IMG/VR virus record: IMGVR_UViG_3300031965_000023
Location: 1,362 to 65,361 of that record
DNA length: 64,000 bases
Strand: one strand, 5' to 3'
From: a virus
Taxonomy: Duplodnaviria; Caudoviricetes
Part shown: piece by piece, positions 61,988 through 64,000 of the stretch
How positions within the stretch are numbered: position 1 is the stretch's first letter
How the letters are laid out: each line of letters opens with the position of its first letter
Position numbers and translations under genes: made by a program
The notes under the pieces: model-generated
Database searches by the model: none
The model's input: only the letters and a program-made list of their open reading frames with translations
What the model was told of the DNA's origin: nothing

Positions 61988-62189
61988 CGGACTCTACCGT
62001 TACGTTGAACATAAATGTTACATCTTTCCGGTCGGTTAAATCATGAATTACATCTATGATTCGTGCAAGAGCTTCATCAATGCTTTCTTCTGCTAAGGAT
62101 CGCATAAATCGACCATCAACAATAAGCGCACCCTCGAAAAAACTACCAACATACCTAACTGGCATCTGTACTTGTCTCACTACCTTCAT
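61962..62189 (-). CDS. hypothetical protein
   Basis: Start at MKVVRQ. Confidence 0.45.
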   Translation of the reverse strand: MKVVRQVQMPVRYVGSFFEGALIVDGRFMRSLAEESIDEALARIIDVIHDLTDRKDVTFMFNVTVESDENSDKSE

Positions 62190-62452
62190 TTCTATCCTCC
62201 ATCGCACATTTGTCAATAACGAGTGCAATCTCAATCACCGACTGGATCACGCTTTCCGCTTTTACTCGTACTCTTGCTAACTCTTCTATCAGATTATTCA
62301 TCGGTGGCGAGATGCCCTCTGTCTTCACGGCAATATACCTACCGATAAAGTGGGCCAGAAGGACAGGTTCGCTATCCCGCCACCATTTATGTTTTCTTAG
62401 CCCTCGTCGTTCAACAAACCGCCGGATATAATGCTTGAAGCATCTAGATGGT

Positions 62453-62827
62453 CTAAACGCCGGGGAGGCGCATTTGGAACATTTCATCCGCGTCCTCCGT
62501 TACAATTTTCATTTGGGCTTCTACAAGTTTTTCTCGCTCAAGCTGTTTTCTCCGCAGATATACCATCCAAAGTGTTTCAGGATACCCTGCCATGTCCACA
62601 ACAGAATCCCGACTCGGCTTGTTCATGAACCGGCTAACCTTTACACAGATCATAAAGATGGCTATATCTTCTTGGGTCAGAGGTTCTTTCAATTTATGCT
62701 TGAATGCCTCACTCACCATCCCTGCTGTCCGACCGAAGTCATCGTAGGGATGGCCGTAGGCGACGCCTCTCTCTCCGTGAACAAGGTGGTAAGCTTCTGC
62801 CAAAATACTCTCCTTATCATTTTCCAT
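62453..62827 (-). CDS. DUF6378-like phage protein
   Basis: SILAEA..LV.GER...YGHP...F, MICVKVSR, DS.VD.AGY. Confidence 0.75.
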   Translation of the reverse strand: MENDKESILAEAYHLVHGERGVAYGHPYDDFGRTAGMVSEAFKHKLKEPLTQEDIAIFMICVKVSRFMNKPSRDSVVDMAGYPETLWMVYLRRKQLEREKLVEAQMKIVTEDADEMFQMRLPGV

Positions 62828-63125
62828 ATTTTTCGTATAACTCCTGGCGCAAATATTTACATAAATCAATCGCCTCTTGATAAGCATCAATTAAAGGGTC
62901 TCGTCCGTTCATGGGTTGGAGCGGAACACCATACTTTTCCTTACCAGCAATCCCGCGAGATCTCATGTCATCGATAACTAACCTTGTAACATCTGGTTTC
63001 GTGTTTTTTCTCGGTGGTAATTGAACTCTTGTTGCAAAATCTGGCCACTCGGAATCAGGTTCATTCATAAGTTGTTCATGGAATCTTCGTTCTGGATCAT
63101 ATCTCGGATCAGGCATAGGTATCAA
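62817..63125 (-). CDS. conserved phage hypothetical protein
   Basis: GKEKYGVPLQPMNGRDPLIDAYQEAIDLCKYLRQ. Confidence 0.6.
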   Translation of the reverse strand: MIPMPDPRYDPERRFHEQLMNEPDSEWPDFATRVQLPPRKNTKPDVTRLVIDDMRSRGIAGKEKYGVPLQPMNGRDPLIDAYQEAIDLCKYLRQELYEKYGK

Positions 63126-63270
63126 GATTCCCGCTAATAATCACGTCCCCATTATCTGTAAATACATAGTCTATCTCATACTCCATATCATCAAGACAAA
63201 GATAAACTTTACTATTTAATTTTTCTTTATCAAATCTTTCTAGTTCTTTAAGCAACTCTCGCACTGTCAT
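63109..63270 (-). CDS. hypothetical protein
   Basis: MTVRELLKELE... Confidence 0.5.
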   Translation of the reverse strand: MTVRELLKELERFDKEKLNSKVYLCLDDMEYEIDYVFTDNGDVIISGNLDTYA

Positions 63271-64000
63271 CGTATTTCTCCAATTCTCCCCATGAGGCAC
63301 CGGGGGCACCAACTTCACACTCTGTCGGGAGGAAGAACCCAGGAGCGACACAATCAAATGGTCTCTCCATGATTTGTTTCATCCCCGCCGCACATTCAGC
63401 AACTTTATCCTGTGGCACTTGTGCCAATACAGAATCATGTACAGTCGTAGTTAACCGACCACCAAGACTCTTTACAAAGATATGTAGATCAAGAAGCACA
63501 CACCAAAGAATATCAGCGACGATAGACTGCGGGATAAAATCAACCGCTGCTGCGGCTCGTCTATCGTAGAAGAATCTCACACGACCGAATGGGTTACGAA
63601 TCCACCCTTTTGTTTTACACTGTAATGCAAGCCATCTCTTATACGCCGTAACTCGCGTATATCGTTCTTTAATCCCATCGAGCACTTCTTTACATATCTT
63701 TGGTGATACGTAAATGTGTTGCTGTGACAAGATCATATCACTAACTTTGGGGGCACCTGCAAGATATTGTCCCGCAAGAAGAACGTTTTTTCCTGTATCC
63801 CTATCTGTTCCTACTGCATTAGCAAGACGACGATATGGGTCGCCCGAAGCCAAATCTGCGATCATCACTTCATCTTGTGCTGAGTATGCCATCGCATACA
63901 ATTCTGCACGTGAATAGTCCCGCTGGACAAAACACCAATGATCAAAATCAGGGAGGTATAGCCATCTTGCTATCTCAGGTTGATTCTGAAGATTAGGACG
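63248..64000 (-). CDS. DNA polymerase family A, C-terminal part (5' end beyond the window)
   Basis: Frame open to the edge: PNLQNQP, motif A RDYSRAELY, motif B RDTGKNVLLAGQY, motif C TTVHDSV. Confidence 0.93.
   Translation of the reverse strand, partial: RPNLQNQPEIARWLYLPDFDHWCFVQRDYSRAELYAMAYSAQDEVMIADLASGDPYRRLANAVGTDRDTGKNVLLAGQYLAGAPKVSDMILSQQHIYVSPKICKEVLDGIKERYTRVTAYKRWLALQCKTKGWIRNPFGRVRFFYDRRAAAAVDFIPQSIVADILWCVLLDLHIFVKSLGGRLTTTVHDSVLAQVPQDKVAECAAGMKQIMERPFDCVAPGFFLPTECEVGAPGASWGELEKYDDSARVA

Noticed and set aside
1-64000. Alternative genetic code / stop-codon reassignment
   Set aside because: Long genes are intact under code 11, all three stops are used, and no suppressor tRNA was found.
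1-64000. Integrase, repressor, transposase, reverse transcriptase (DGR/retron) or inteins
   Set aside because: No recognisable motifs. Terminase, helicase, RtcB and the visible polymerase part have normal lengths.

Overview
This 64 kb window looks like almost the whole genome of a tailed dsDNA phage, probably lytic and podovirus-like, with no integrase seen. It is opened inside its family A DNA polymerase gene: the N-terminal UDG-like part is at 1-470 and the C-terminal polymerase part at 63248-64000, both on the minus strand. Minus-strand early/middle genes (1-24.7 kb and 53-64 kb) encode Sak4-like recombination, a primase, a helicase, an amino-sugar cluster (GT2, DegT, GNAT), GroES, RtcB, a CCA-adding enzyme, an RNA ligase, ThyX, an amidoligase/GATase pair, a lysozyme and 19 tRNAs. 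A candidate iteron origin lies at about 16.1-16.35 kb. Plus-strand late genes (25.2-52.9 kb) encode terminase, portal, scaffold, major capsid, tail, ejection proteins and holins. Three observations stand out. (1) The capsid gene has four exons, split by two complete LAGLIDADG-carrying group I introns and a third, 34-nt intron (35652-35685) that keeps a perfect internal guide sequence (P1+P10), the U.G splice-site pair and the terminal G but has no catalytic core, suggesting a non-autonomous group I mini-intron. (2) Two paralogous structured RNAs (57291-57431 and 58574-58690), which I cannot assign to a known family, sit inside the tRNA array and show compensatory base changes. (3) A 128-nt tRNA-like RNA with a greatly extended anticodon arm lies near rtcB. 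All calls come from reading the sequence by eye; no searches or folding programs were run.
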